Shown: piece by piece, positions 17,570-27,452 of the stretch
How the letters are laid out: each line of letters opens with the position of its first letter
How positions within the stretch are numbered: position 1 is the stretch's first letter
Source of the DNA: a virus
Lineage: Duplodnaviria; Caudoviricetes
Length of the DNA stretch: 64,000 nucleotides
Direction: 5' to 3' (one strand)
IMG/VR virus record: IMGVR_UViG_3300044630_002618
Coordinates: 1 to 64,000 of that record
Position numbers and translations under genes: made by a program
The notes under the pieces: generated by a model
What the model saw: the letters and a program-made list of their open reading frames with translations, nothing else
Databases searched by the model: none
What the model was told of the DNA's origin: nothing

Positions 17570-17832
17570 TGGCTCCCCGTAAAACAGAAAACCCAAAGAG
17601 AACAGCAAAGTATTACCGAGATCATCCTGAGGCTCGGGAGAAGAAGGCTGAAACAGATAAGAAATTTAACGCTAAGCCCGAACAGAAAGAGAAGCGCCGC
17701 GAACTCTCAGAAGAGCGTCGTAAGCGTGGCATCATGGGTAAGGGTGGAGATGATCTGTCCCATACCAAAGATGGTAAATTAGTTAAGGAAGACCCATCCA
17801 AGAACCGCGCCCGTAACCGAGGAAAGAAGTAA
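17569..17832 (+). CDS. Small basic protein, possible degenerate HNH
   Basis: TAATG coupling; DLSH....NRARN resembles the HNH tail. Confidence 0.7.
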   Translation: MAPRKTENPKRTAKYYRDHPEAREKKAETDKKFNAKPEQKEKRRELSEERRKRGIMGKGGDDLSHTKDGKLVKEDPSKNRARNRGKK

Positions 17833-17834
17833 TC

Positions 17835-18005
17835 ATGGCTGAGAAGAAAAAGAAAGTTTGGGAAACTAAAGACCCAACTAAGTCTGATAAGAAACTAACC
17901 CCCGATCAGAAGGCTAAGGCAAAAGCCGCCGCCAAAGCCGCAGGCCGGCCTTACCCTAATCTTGTTGACAATATGAATGCATCTAAGAAAAAAAGTGGTA
18001 AGTAG
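17835..18005 (+). CDS. Small Lys/Ala-rich protein (56 aa)
   Basis: Not in ORF track; MAEKKKKVWETKDP...AKAKAAAKAAGRPYPNLVDNM. Confidence 0.75.
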   Translation: MAEKKKKVWETKDPTKSDKKLTPDQKAKAKAAAKAAGRPYPNLVDNMNASKKKSGK

Positions 18006-18637
18006 TGCCCGAATTAAATGCAAACATTCCTGTTATTGAATGTTTTGTCCGTGGTAATTATTTGCGCGATCAGCGTGATAGCCATGATCTCAAGTTTCCA
18101 TGCATGATCTTTGGGGTAACTTCAATACAAGGAAGAAGCCCACTGTTTCATTTTCTTATGGAAGATGGTGGCGTGTGGTGGCGTATGCCAATTTCAGCCT
18201 TTTGTTCTCGTGAAGATTCTCCTGAGGTTGATATTCACGAACTTGTCCTTTGGAACTCTTTTTCGGCAAACATTGCTGTCACTGAATTTCAGGCTATGCG
18301 AAATATGCGTATGACATATGTTGCCCGTTCAGGAGAATTTGTCAACGGCAAATACCTTTTCACGCTTGATTGGCACTCTCCAGACGACAATGTGCTTAAC
18401 GGTGGTTTTTCTTTGAACCCTGGTCAGCACAAATGTGGTCATGTCATTGAAAGAGATGATGGCAACTTTGCAATCCAACCAAACAACAGAGTGCGTTTGT
18501 TTGACCCGTCATTTACCACTAAAACTGGCACCCTTATTGAGCGTCTTGTGAATACAAGAAAATGGGATACCGAAGATGCTCACAAGTGGGTAACTTCTGA
18601 TGATGACCGCTACGAATACGAAGTTAAAAAGAAGTAG
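18005..18637 (+). CDS. Hypothetical phage protein
   Basis: 210 aa globular-looking ORF, TAGTG coupling, followed by a terminator. Confidence 0.8.
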   Translation: MPELNANIPVIECFVRGNYLRDQRDSHDLKFPCMIFGVTSIQGRSPLFHFLMEDGGVWWRMPISAFCSREDSPEVDIHELVLWNSFSANIAVTEFQAMRNMRMTYVARSGEFVNGKYLFTLDWHSPDDNVLNGGFSLNPGQHKCGHVIERDDGNFAIQPNNRVRLFDPSFTTKTGTLIERLVNTRKWDTEDAHKWVTSDDDRYEYEVKKK

Positions 18638-18643
18638 ATAACA

Positions 18644-18670
18644 AAACACCCCCGTTAGGGGGTGTTTCTT
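18644..18670. terminator. Intrinsic terminator between convergent genes (probably bidirectional)
   Basis: AAACACCCCC-GTTA-GGGGGTGTTT hairpin with A/T-rich flanks. Confidence 0.85.
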
Positions 18671-18672
18671 AT

Positions 18673-18707
18673 TGTGGCTACATTTGGATGTAACTGTGGC
18701 TACATTT
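18673..18707. repeat. 13 bp direct repeat TGTGGCTACATTT x2, 22 bp period
   Basis: Copies at 18673-18685 and 18695-18707. Confidence 0.85.
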
Positions 18708-19585
18708 TAAAATGAATGTACATTGTCATCTTCTGGTGCAATCATTTGTAGAGCGCCCAATATTTGTTCAACATGGGGAATATTTTCACTAGAAAACATG
18801 TAATGCGCCAATTCATACTCAGACCTGTGCACGGTGACCTTCAAAGCAGTTACTGGCAGTTTAGTTACTGGCTCAACCAAACCAATGTCATCAAGACCAT
18901 TCAGCAGGATGCCAATGAGTTGTTCCTTGGTCGTAGTCTTTTCAATTTCAATACCAAGCAACTTAGCCTGACGGCGCAATGCAGAAATTGGTTGCATACG
19001 CAATTCTTCTTCAGTAAATGCCTCCGGTCTATATTCCTCAGCAATTTGTTTCTCTTTAATTTCATTAAGGACTTTCTCAAGTGCTTCTTCTCGGTCCGTT
19101 TTAACTGCGGGCACTTCGGGCACTTCGGGCACTTCGGGCACTTCGGGCACTTCTTTAATTTCCTGCACATCAACGACATCAATTGGCGCAAGTGCATTTG
19201 TGAGGTCAAGTAGACGGATACCAATGGCGTGAGCCTTCAGCAATGTGTCTTCAGTTTCAGGAGCGTCATCCCACAAAACGAGTAATGACTTTTCACCCGC
19301 TAGGCGTTGGACATAATTGAGTACGGCTGAGTTTGCATCTTCAGTATCTTCCCAATCTTTGGCATCTTTTAAGACTGAGCGCGGAATGCGGTTACCGACC
19401 ATGATGTACTCATGACCGAAGTCAATGATTGCGGTGTAGACGCGGTCAAGACTTTCGTCAGGCTTACCGCCATACCATGGCAGGACAAAGATACTGTCAT
19501 TGACCAGTTCGGACAATGAGTCTTCAATGATGTTGAGGCTGGCGTTACCTTTTCCGATAACACCAATAACTTTCTTGGTGGGCAT
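18707..19585 (-). CDS. Hypothetical protein with Rho-N/HEH-like domain and (EVP)5 linker
   Basis: EELRMQPISALRRQAKLLGIE....TKEQLI; GGGCACTTC x5 at 19109-19153. Confidence 0.7.
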   Translation of the reverse strand: MPTKKVIGVIGKGNASLNIIEDSLSELVNDSIFVLPWYGGKPDESLDRVYTAIIDFGHEYIMVGNRIPRSVLKDAKDWEDTEDANSAVLNYVQRLAGEKSLLVLWDDAPETEDTLLKAHAIGIRLLDLTNALAPIDVVDVQEIKEVPEVPEVPEVPEVPAVKTDREEALEKVLNEIKEKQIAEEYRPEAFTEEELRMQPISALRRQAKLLGIEIEKTTTKEQLIGILLNGLDDIGLVEPVTKLPVTALKVTVHRSEYELAHYMFSSENIPHVEQILGALQMIAPEDDNVHSF

Positions 19586-19594
19586 GTTGTTCTC

Positions 19595-19849
19595 CTATTG
19601 GAAGGACTGGCGTATTGATGAGTCACCTACGAGAGTGATCAATCGCAACACCGAGTGAGTGGCACTGGCAATTGTAGCCATAGCCAACCCACTAAACACA
19701 ACATCCTCGGAAGATATAAAGACGGAAATAATGATTCCCAGAATTGCCCCAGACAAAACAATGACCCAACCATTAAGTTTCTTTGGCAAGGCACTTGTAA
19801 TGATATGAATAACTTTATAAACGGCTAAGCCGCCTATTAGTAAGGTCAC
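19595..19849 (-). CDS. Small membrane protein (holin-like)
   Basis: Three hydrophobic segments. Confidence 0.6.
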   Translation of the reverse strand: MTLLIGGLAVYKVIHIITSALPKKLNGWVIVLSGAILGIIISVFISSEDVVFSGLAMATIASATHSVLRLITLVGDSSIRQSFQ

Positions 19850-22113
19850 AATGTTGTTTCTCCTGTGTATCCTGGGATTCGGTTAAATCTCAGGTTAGCA
19901 AGAGCATAGGTTGTTTCAGTTACGGGAACTATATGTTCAATCATTCTTTTGGTTGCCTCAACTACACGACGATAATCTGCTGTGTAGTACGAAAGATTAG
20001 TATGGGCAGAACTTGCACCCCAACGGTAATCGGATGCCCCAGCAGTTGCTGTACCACCAATCCATCCACCATTATCACTGTTACCATCAAAGTATTCACC
20101 AGGAGATGATGGTTCAAGCATTGGGCGACGAACAACTAGTGGTGATGTTGCTGTAGCCGTGGCAGTGATTTCTACATGGTACAAATATGAATTACTTGGG
20201 TACCAAGGGTAGTTATCAATAAACTCTAATTTCCACCATTTACGCTTTGAAGTACCTGAGATCGTTTTTTCAATATAAGGGGTTGTGGCTGATGCAAGGG
20301 TAATTAAACCATCCAAGTTCTTTACACTTACTTGAACAATATTATTGTTGTAATCATCAATTGATAAGAAGTAATCAGTACCACTATTAATTGGGGTGTA
20401 CTGCATACCAAAACTCGTGTTATTTACATCTGTGGATAATGTGACAGATGCCGAAAGACTTGGTGTTGCGGTAAATTGTTTAGTTCCGTTATCAACAGCG
20501 GATGTAACTGTACCAGAAGTAGTGCTTACTCTCCAATAAGCAGGTGTACTTGTTGCCTGTACTGTAGTACTTGGAGAGGCGACTGCGAATTGAGGATCAC
20601 GGAAAAGATTTAATCTACGCGAGTATACATCTATGTAATAAGGGTATTTATTTAAAGTTGTTACTCTATTAGGAATCAGATATAAAGTCCCAGTATCAGA
20701 TGACTGAGATGCAATCCAAATGTGCAGATACATATCTGTGGTACCTAACGAACCATCACCACATACACCAAGTTCTACGGGCCACTCAAAAACACTCGTA
20801 GAACCAGTCGTAGTGGTTTCAATAAAGTTAGGTAATGATGTAGAAGCACCCGTTATCGGAGCAAAAGTCACAGACGCTCCTGGAACCACAGATGCACCCA
20901 TCCAGCAACCTACAACACTTGCGCCCAAACCAGTGTATGTGGCACCAAAGTCCATGTATAAACGACTTGCTTGGCTTACACTTTGTACTTTTGCTTTCAA
21001 GCAAGCCATTTGAACACTGGCTCCGCTTGAATGGGTGATAGCCAAAGCCTTGGTCGTTTTGAACATATTGGAGTATGCATAAACACTCGCGGATGTCATG
21101 GTATGCGCCGAACTTTCCAGTAACCATTGGTTAGTAGCAGGTGCTACGGATGCAGAGGTAGTCACCGACGCCGAAGTCATAGCATGGTGAGTGCTGGTTA
21201 AAAGGTCAGGCTGGGTAGTGTTAATACGAGTGTTACATCCAGTAATAGCCGTAATGTATTCTTCCACACCAGTTAGTAGTCCCTCATTCTGGGTTAAGTA
21301 TGTAAAAGAAGAAATCAAATCACGAAGTTTTGCAGTACCTAAATCAGCCACAGTTAGAGGAAGACCAACCTCCACAGCCAGTTTTTCAATCATCTCACTG
21401 TTGGCAACAAACGGGTCTTTTTGTACCATCACATAATCAATGATTGTTTTAATAACATTAATTTCCCAACCAAAAACATCAAGCATTCGCTGTAGTGGTC
21501 CGGCTACCGTAAGTGCTTCAGGAAGGTCAGCCAGATAAGGGCTACCTAGGTTGGTTATGCCGATCTGCTCATCCTGAATTCGGTAGTGCAGGGGTATTCT
21601 TCGGAAAAGATTATCGGAGTAGCCATAATCCTTAGGTACAAGTACTTCAGTTGAGACAACTGGTTCATACCATGAGCGAGTTACAGTTGATTCATATTTT
21701 GAAAATAGTGTGTAATAAACCCATTTGCCACTAGGTAAGTTCGTATGCGTAAATGACGAAGCACTATTCTCTGCTTTTATTTCAATAAGTTCTATACCTT
21801 CAGCACGAGTTTGGGGAGGTCCAATAAGTGAATAGCACAACGATAGGCCAGTAATACTAGGTGTTTCACCTTTTGTTTCATTCAGTGCTGTTGTAATAAC
21901 CCATGATAGGTCAACCTGATCATAATCAGTTGGTGATGCTGACAAGGATGATGTAGACCCAGGAACACTTGTTGGTGTAGTGACATAACCATCACCTCGT
22001 AAGGCTGATGAGTTGTCAGCACCAATATTAGCGGAAGCGGCTTGAAGGAATGAACCAGTAGTGCTTGCCGCACTACCAACATTACTTTTTAGTGTAAAAG
22101 ATATACGGGCCAT
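19846..22113 (-). CDS. Baseplate wedge / tail protein
   Basis: LFRRIP..YR..D, LQRMLDVFG pattern of P2 gpI-like wedge proteins; follows baseplate J. Confidence 0.7.
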   Translation of the reverse strand: MARISFTLKSNVGSAASTTGSFLQAASANIGADNSSALRGDGYVTTPTSVPGSTSSLSASPTDYDQVDLSWVITTALNETKGETPSITGLSLCYSLIGPPQTRAEGIELIEIKAENSASSFTHTNLPSGKWVYYTLFSKYESTVTRSWYEPVVSTEVLVPKDYGYSDNLFRRIPLHYRIQDEQIGITNLGSPYLADLPEALTVAGPLQRMLDVFGWEINVIKTIIDYVMVQKDPFVANSEMIEKLAVEVGLPLTVADLGTAKLRDLISSFTYLTQNEGLLTGVEEYITAITGCNTRINTTQPDLLTSTHHAMTSASVTTSASVAPATNQWLLESSAHTMTSASVYAYSNMFKTTKALAITHSSGASVQMACLKAKVQSVSQASRLYMDFGATYTGLGASVVGCWMGASVVPGASVTFAPITGASTSLPNFIETTTTGSTSVFEWPVELGVCGDGSLGTTDMYLHIWIASQSSDTGTLYLIPNRVTTLNKYPYYIDVYSRRLNLFRDPQFAVASPSTTVQATSTPAYWRVSTTSGTVTSAVDNGTKQFTATPSLSASVTLSTDVNNTSFGMQYTPINSGTDYFLSIDDYNNNIVQVSVKNLDGLITLASATTPYIEKTISGTSKRKWWKLEFIDNYPWYPSNSYLYHVEITATATATSPLVVRRPMLEPSSPGEYFDGNSDNGGWIGGTATAGASDYRWGASSAHTNLSYYTADYRRVVEATKRMIEHIVPVTETTYALANLRFNRIPGYTGETTL

Positions 22114-23612
22114 TAGACTGCCGTTACCCCTCCGTTAGGCGTTATACTAACAATACCTAATTTTGGAAGTTGATTATTGGCTACAGTAATTTTTCCACTG
22201 TTGTCAATAGTAGTAGCAGGGGTTCCTGCTGTGCTGGTTGTAAATCCTTTAATGATTACATAATCAACACCTGTAATAGCCATGGCTGTTCGGTATACCT
22301 CACCCACAGTTACTGTGTCGCCAAAGGCTACATCTTCAAAAGAAAATAGAGACTCTAATGCGCTTTGTACTTCTGCTTTAACAACCGACTGAATGTAGTT
22401 AGATGTAACATATAAATCTAGATATATATAAATTTTAGTAAAACTAACTGATGAAGGAACATTAATAAGAGTTACGCCAAGCATTGCGCTATCTAGTAGT
22501 TCTCGTGAAACACGGTCACGGAGTGCCTGTGGGATACTCACAGATGCGGCACCATCCGTAAGGTATTCCGTTTGTTTGTCAATAACCGTCGCTGTAATAG
22601 AAGCACCAGTGGAAGATGACCCAAGGTAAGAAACAGTAGCCTTGGAAACACCCTGAGTTACTAGGGCAATATCGCCAAAATCCGACAAAGTTACAGCGCC
22701 ATTACGGGTACGCACGATGCTAGGAATAACTTGTTTAATAGAGTCAATTGTTTCAAAATCTAAACCACCACCAGCCGCAAAGAGGTTAGTAACATCAGTG
22801 ATTGTTGGGTACAAACTGTTACCAATAGTAGTGATTGTCTCAGCCGCGACATTACCAATAGACCCAGCGGATTGAATGTAGGTAACTGTGATTGGTGAGT
22901 TGATTGGCGGAATGCGCCCGTTGATCCCATTACCAAATACAACCTGAGTAACTCCCGAGGAGGTGACCGTTACTGAGAACACTGAATCGTCAGGACCATA
23001 CGGAATAAGACTATTAACTCGTGTCCAAGTTTTAATTTCTCCAAATGAACCCTCAGCAACATTAACAACTATAGACTCAGCATCTACACTTTGGCGATAG
23101 ATATTAAATCTTTGACTAGCGTTACCATCACTCTTAGTTGAGTTACTATTACCATCTGAAGTAACAGATTCATTTGAATACCTGACACCCTGTCGCACAA
23201 CAATAGTACTTGTTGAAGATGCTGGAATAATTGTTGATGTTTCGTTAAAGAAGTAAAGACCGTTTGTTGATACAAATGGGGTATTTTCTAAGATAGTCAC
23301 GGATGCCGCACCACTGTTGGTAAGCGTCAAAGTAGCGGTTGATGAACTCATATAATTAGGGGTATAACCATAAAGGTTTGCCATTGCCAAGACGCTTTCG
23401 CGCTGTGTAGCAGTTGACAAAAATGCTTCAGTAGATGCCCTGTCAATATAATAATGCATAATGTCTGCGTTGTACGCCCATAGGTCAATTAGCGATGACA
23501 TAAAATCTGAGGCGGCAACTCCCGACCATTCGGGAATAGAATTAGAGGCTCGTGCCTGAAGAGACGAACGAATAGCGTTGTAGTCTCGCGCTGTGTAGTC
23601 AAAATTAGGCAT
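22113..23612 (-). CDS. Baseplate J / T4 gp6-like wedge protein
   Basis: DYTARDY, EAFLSTATQRESV, FGNG.NG..P, GG.D.ET, AVT..DF. Confidence 0.9.
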   Translation of the reverse strand: MPNFDYTARDYNAIRSSLQARASNSIPEWSGVAASDFMSSLIDLWAYNADIMHYYIDRASTEAFLSTATQRESVLAMANLYGYTPNYMSSSTATLTLTNSGAASVTILENTPFVSTNGLYFFNETSTIIPASSTSTIVVRQGVRYSNESVTSDGNSNSTKSDGNASQRFNIYRQSVDAESIVVNVAEGSFGEIKTWTRVNSLIPYGPDDSVFSVTVTSSGVTQVVFGNGINGRIPPINSPITVTYIQSAGSIGNVAAETITTIGNSLYPTITDVTNLFAAGGGLDFETIDSIKQVIPSIVRTRNGAVTLSDFGDIALVTQGVSKATVSYLGSSSTGASITATVIDKQTEYLTDGAASVSIPQALRDRVSRELLDSAMLGVTLINVPSSVSFTKIYIYLDLYVTSNYIQSVVKAEVQSALESLFSFEDVAFGDTVTVGEVYRTAMAITGVDYVIIKGFTTSTAGTPATTIDNSGKITVANNQLPKLGIVSITPNGGVTAV

Positions 23613-24006
23613 AAATATCCTCGCTCAAGAAGTCGCTCACACTTAGTGTAACACTAGATTTTTGTGATGGTGATATTTCGTAAAATACAGATATATAAAC
23701 AGATGTTTGTTCGCTCCCCATTTGTTCTGGATCATTGCTTGAAATAACAATATCCATAATATTTACACCACGAACATTGTTAGAGATTTCTCGCATAGCA
23801 ACCTCTTTAAAATCTTCCCAAATAAGGGGATCAATTAATTCATAAATCATGGAGTATGCCCCAACACCATAATCAGGGTTCATGACGCGCTCTTCATTAG
23901 ACACCGATAGGACATCTAAAATTTGTTGTTTAATAATAGAATCAAAATCACCTACAGTAGCAACTGATCCATTTTTAAATTGAAATGGTAAATATATTGC
24001 TTTCAT
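23605..24006 (-). CDS. Baseplate gp25/GPW-like protein
   Basis: ERVMNPDYG motif. Confidence 0.85.
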   Translation of the reverse strand: MKAIYLPFQFKNGSVATVGDFDSIIKQQILDVLSVSNEERVMNPDYGVGAYSMIYELIDPLIWEDFKEVAMREISNNVRGVNIMDIVISSNDPEQMGSEQTSVYISVFYEISPSQKSSVTLSVSDFLSEDIYA

Positions 24007-24122
24007 TTAATATCACCTTGTGAATTCTTATATAAAGCATAGACGCACCATGAGATATAACTGCTCGTAATAAATGCTCCAATAAGTATTACTGAAAATC
24101 CTCTAAGGATTACCTTAAACAT
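24003..24122 (-). CDS. 39 aa single-TM protein
   Basis: Not in ORF track; MFKVILRGFSVILIGAFITSSYISWCVYALYKNSQGDIK; GGAGGA RBS, ATGA coupling to gp25. Confidence 0.6.
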   Translation of the reverse strand: MFKVILRGFSVILIGAFITSSYISWCVYALYKNSQGDIK

Positions 24123-25278
24123 AAATATCCTCCATTTGCCTAGATGCTCGCCAGGTGCTATCCACAAACGCCGATTCTGGCACCTCGGGCATAGTTGATT
24201 GCATGGTCATATACGCATTGATATCATTAGTGTCTTTTCGTGACACTGTTATTTGAGTAAAGAATTCATCACGAGTAACTGTATGTGTAACTTCTTTTAC
24301 ATACCAAAAACCTTCAAAATTAGATTCAAAATTAGATATGCTGACAATCCCACCTGGGAGAACTCCAGCAGTCCCAGTAAGTGATAACTGTGCGGTAAGG
24401 GTATTAATGCCACGATTGTGTGCGGACACGAGAGTGTCTGCCATAGTGGTGGAAGTTGCGTTAACACTGACGCTGTCAGTAATACCTAAATCAATCTGTT
24501 TACCAAATCCCGTGGTCTCGTTAAACTTATTTGATGTATAAGTTTTACCTTGATTATCTAATACAGTTGCTGATACTGAATGTGTGCTTAATGGCTTAAT
24601 AGAATCACCAAAAATACCCTGCATTGATAAAATTACTGCGGGGTATGTTCTAGTATCACCATTACGCGCTTTAATATTCTTGAGTTGGTGATACGAGATT
24701 TGTCGGCCCAGTGAGTTCATAGGGTTCCATACATGTATATGAGTACCATGCATTGATACAGACAATCCGTACATACTGGCAACTTTGTTTAAAAACTCCC
24801 AATCTGATTCTTCCGACTGAATGATACGGGGGTATGCGAATGGTTCAGTCACAGAAGAAACACTGAACTTATATTCGTCTGCCAAGGTTGTCGCAATATT
24901 TTGAATAGATGCGTTTTCCCACAGCCGTGTTTTCTTAGCGCGCATTTTGTATGATGCGCCCATACACACAAGTTCAACTAGTTGAAAAGTGCTTCCATTA
25001 ATCACACCATCAGAGTTTCTAAATGAAGGTTCAACCGAAGCAACATACCCACAGAATTCATGCTTGTCTATACCAAAACCCCAGTAACAAAGGACGGGCT
25101 TAGATAGGTATTCTGTGAGTAGTTGTGGTGGCACACCAGCCACACGCACACGCAGGATATCATGCTGATTTTCAGCAAGACCTAATTCAATTTGAACAAT
25201 AGACATATATCGCATAGGGGCGTTGTCTATCACAAAGTTGATGTTTGGTGATATGCGGCTATGCGATGTAAAAATCAT
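24115..25278 (-). CDS. Baseplate hub (gp27/GpD/VgrG N-terminal-like)
   Basis: Q.EESDWEFL, GFWYVKEVTH. Confidence 0.85.
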   Translation of the reverse strand: MIFTSHSRISPNINFVIDNAPMRYMSIVQIELGLAENQHDILRVRVAGVPPQLLTEYLSKPVLCYWGFGIDKHEFCGYVASVEPSFRNSDGVINGSTFQLVELVCMGASYKMRAKKTRLWENASIQNIATTLADEYKFSVSSVTEPFAYPRIIQSEESDWEFLNKVASMYGLSVSMHGTHIHVWNPMNSLGRQISYHQLKNIKARNGDTRTYPAVILSMQGIFGDSIKPLSTHSVSATVLDNQGKTYTSNKFNETTGFGKQIDLGITDSVSVNATSTTMADTLVSAHNRGINTLTAQLSLTGTAGVLPGGIVSISNFESNFEGFWYVKEVTHTVTRDEFFTQITVSRKDTNDINAYMTMQSTMPEVPESAFVDSTWRASRQMEDIYV

Positions 25279-25535
25279 TTAAGTGGAATCCGAACTAGTG
25301 TTCCCACGGGGATTTCATCAGGGAAAGGAACATGAGAGTTTATGTCTGCAATCTCCCAGTAGCGTTCTGAGTCATGAAGGGCACGGAAGGCAATGCGATC
25401 AAAGGTATCACCTTCTACTGAGGTGTATGTGTAGTACCTTGAGTTACCCCCATATCTACGGGTAGATATGTATGCCCCACTACCATCAGGCGATGATTGT
25501 GTGGAATATCGTGATATTGATTGTACAAACGCCAT
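25275..25535 (-). CDS. LysM / tail X-like baseplate protein
   Basis: GDTFDRIA.......YWEIADIN.....GTLVRIP. Confidence 0.85.
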   Translation of the reverse strand: MAFVQSISRYSTQSSPDGSGAYISTRRYGGNSRYYTYTSVEGDTFDRIAFRALHDSERYWEIADINSHVPFPDEIPVGTLVRIPLK

Positions 25536-25622
25536 ATTAGAGAGTCCAATCCCAGCATCTAGGTGTTAGTGTTTTTTTCTTTAAAATGTCGCTCATGTTT
25601 AACTTAACTGACCAATCATGAC

Positions 25623-27452
25623 TCAGATTGCGTTGAAATTGAAATGTCTGTGACATATATTGTCTGCGGTTGTTTCCGTATAAAACTTAATTATCTTTGA
25701 AAATGTTGATTTATCAGAACTACCTGGTTTAGAAATAGTTGCAGAAAAATGTACTTCAAAGTCCATAAGTATTTTTGTAGTCCTATAATTATCAGCATGA
25801 GAACCTTCTAAATATAATTTGTTGGCAAATATTTCTGACGCACCTGAATCTTTAAACACATTGTTAGGTATATTATCGTGACTCGGTATTTTATTTGTAT
25901 CATCACTTCCATACCTAGCCCATTTTTTCCATTCTTCAATAGTTGTTGCAGTTGCCTTTACTCCCTCAACATTTAATAAAAGAACATCACGAGATACACT
26001 GTACTTTTTAGTCCCTGGCCCTATTTTCTGACCTGATGTTGTTTTCTTTTCAGGGTCAGCATTTGCAAATTCTTTTTCTGTTCCTACAAATTGTCGCCAT
26101 ATTTTAACTTTTGGAGTATGCTCAATTGTTACATCGTATTGCCGGTCAAAGAACAATTTAGAAATACCCTTGTATGGTGCATTTGTTGATCCTGTTCTCA
26201 TATTTACAAACCCAGCAACTAGCAAAAAGGTACCATAATGTAATATTTCCCAAACATCCTTGTAACCTTTCCACTGTTCCCATGGTTTTAATGTGTTGAA
26301 TTCTTTGTGCTCATCGGGGTCCCCAAAAGATGCACCTGCAACTAGTTCCCCAAATGCAGGGTGATCTGGATCGCTAGTACCACCAAGTGCTATTTGGTAC
26401 ATTCCCGAATCTTTAATTGCCTTTACAAGTACATCATAATCAGCACCTTTTTTATCTTTAGGTAATGTGTCACCACCACCACCACCACCACCACCAGAGG
26501 TTGGCGGTGCGGCTTTTATTTTACCTAGTGCTTGTGTTAGATATGTATCTTTTTTAGCAAAACCAATATACTTTGCTTCAACTGTCACATTAATGGTACA
26601 CATAGTAGGAACCATTTGAGTACTAAATTTAGTGAAGTTAACAGATGATGATTGAATAAAACCATCAACCATGAACATGGCTGAGAAAACAATACGAACA
26701 GGCGTACTAACTAGAAAAGCACTGTTACCCTTAATTGATTTAAACGCATCAGATGCTACTTGTTCTGAAATATAATTAGTATTACCAGATGCACCTGATG
26801 AAGAGTCCGCAGGTTCCCAGGTACTAGAAACACTGGTAATTTTAGACAGGGCAGAAATAATATCTTCAGATATACCTTGACCAATAACACTGTCCATAAC
26901 CATTAGGTCTGCAAGCACACCAATTTGCCCTACATCCTGGGGGCCTGGTGGTTTACCTACATTCTTATCCGCTGGCCTGTCTCTGTAGTTTTTCTTATGA
27001 TTATTAACTTCCATTTCTCGGTTAAGCATGATATCAAAAGAGAAAGTGGCATTACCAGGAGTTGCTACTGAGAACTGTCCCGGGTCTTGAAATAGTATGT
27101 TTGTCATACCACTAGAAAGTGAGACACTACGCATAATACGCTCAGGGTTAAACTGAAAAAAGAAGCGTCGGTTAGGGAGACCTTTTGCTGCACTAGTTGG
27201 TACTTCATTTAATAAGCACCGCATAAACCCACGCTGTATTTTACTTGCATTTGGGGGAAATATAAATTCATCTCCGTCAAGACCAATATTTCTACGCCTA
27301 TCCTGCGCTCCAGGTACGACCGAACCCGGGAACATAAACCTAGGGTTGTCGGAAGTAGTGCGACTGAAACTATTGTGATTTCCAGGGCCAGTAACTCCAT
27401 TTTCTAAGTTGTACCACTGGTTTGTTGTATAAGACTCATTTGCCCGTGCCAT
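25623..27452 (-). CDS. Tail tube initiator/hub protein with variable C-terminal extension
   Basis: FQFNPE, GFIQSSSVNFTKFS.QMVP; position after the tape measure gene. Confidence 0.65.
   Translation of the reverse strand: MARANESYTTNQWYNLENGVTGPGNHNSFSRTTSDNPRFMFPGSVVPGAQDRRRNIGLDGDEFIFPPNASKIQRGFMRCLLNEVPTSAAKGLPNRRFFFQFNPERIMRSVSLSSGMTNILFQDPGQFSVATPGNATFSFDIMLNREMEVNNHKKNYRDRPADKNVGKPPGPQDVGQIGVLADLMVMDSVIGQGISEDIISALSKITSVSSTWEPADSSSGASGNTNYISEQVASDAFKSIKGNSAFLVSTPVRIVFSAMFMVDGFIQSSSVNFTKFSTQMVPTMCTINVTVEAKYIGFAKKDTYLTQALGKIKAAPPTSGGGGGGGGDTLPKDKKGADYDVLVKAIKDSGMYQIALGGTSDPDHPAFGELVAGASFGDPDEHKEFNTLKPWEQWKGYKDVWEILHYGTFLLVAGFVNMRTGSTNAPYKGISKLFFDRQYDVTIEHTPKVKIWRQFVGTEKEFANADPEKKTTSGQKIGPGTKKYSVSRDVLLLNVEGVKATATTIEEWKKWARYGSDDTNKIPSHDNIPNNVFKDSGASEIFANKLYLEGSHADNYRTTKILMDFEVHFSATISKPGSSDKSTFSKIIKFYTETTADNICHRHFNFNAI

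Noticed and set aside
18901-19224. (CPK)n and (GHF)n metal-binding repeat ORFs
   Set aside because: Alternative-frame and antisense readings of the 9 bp (EVP)5 repeat in the real gene
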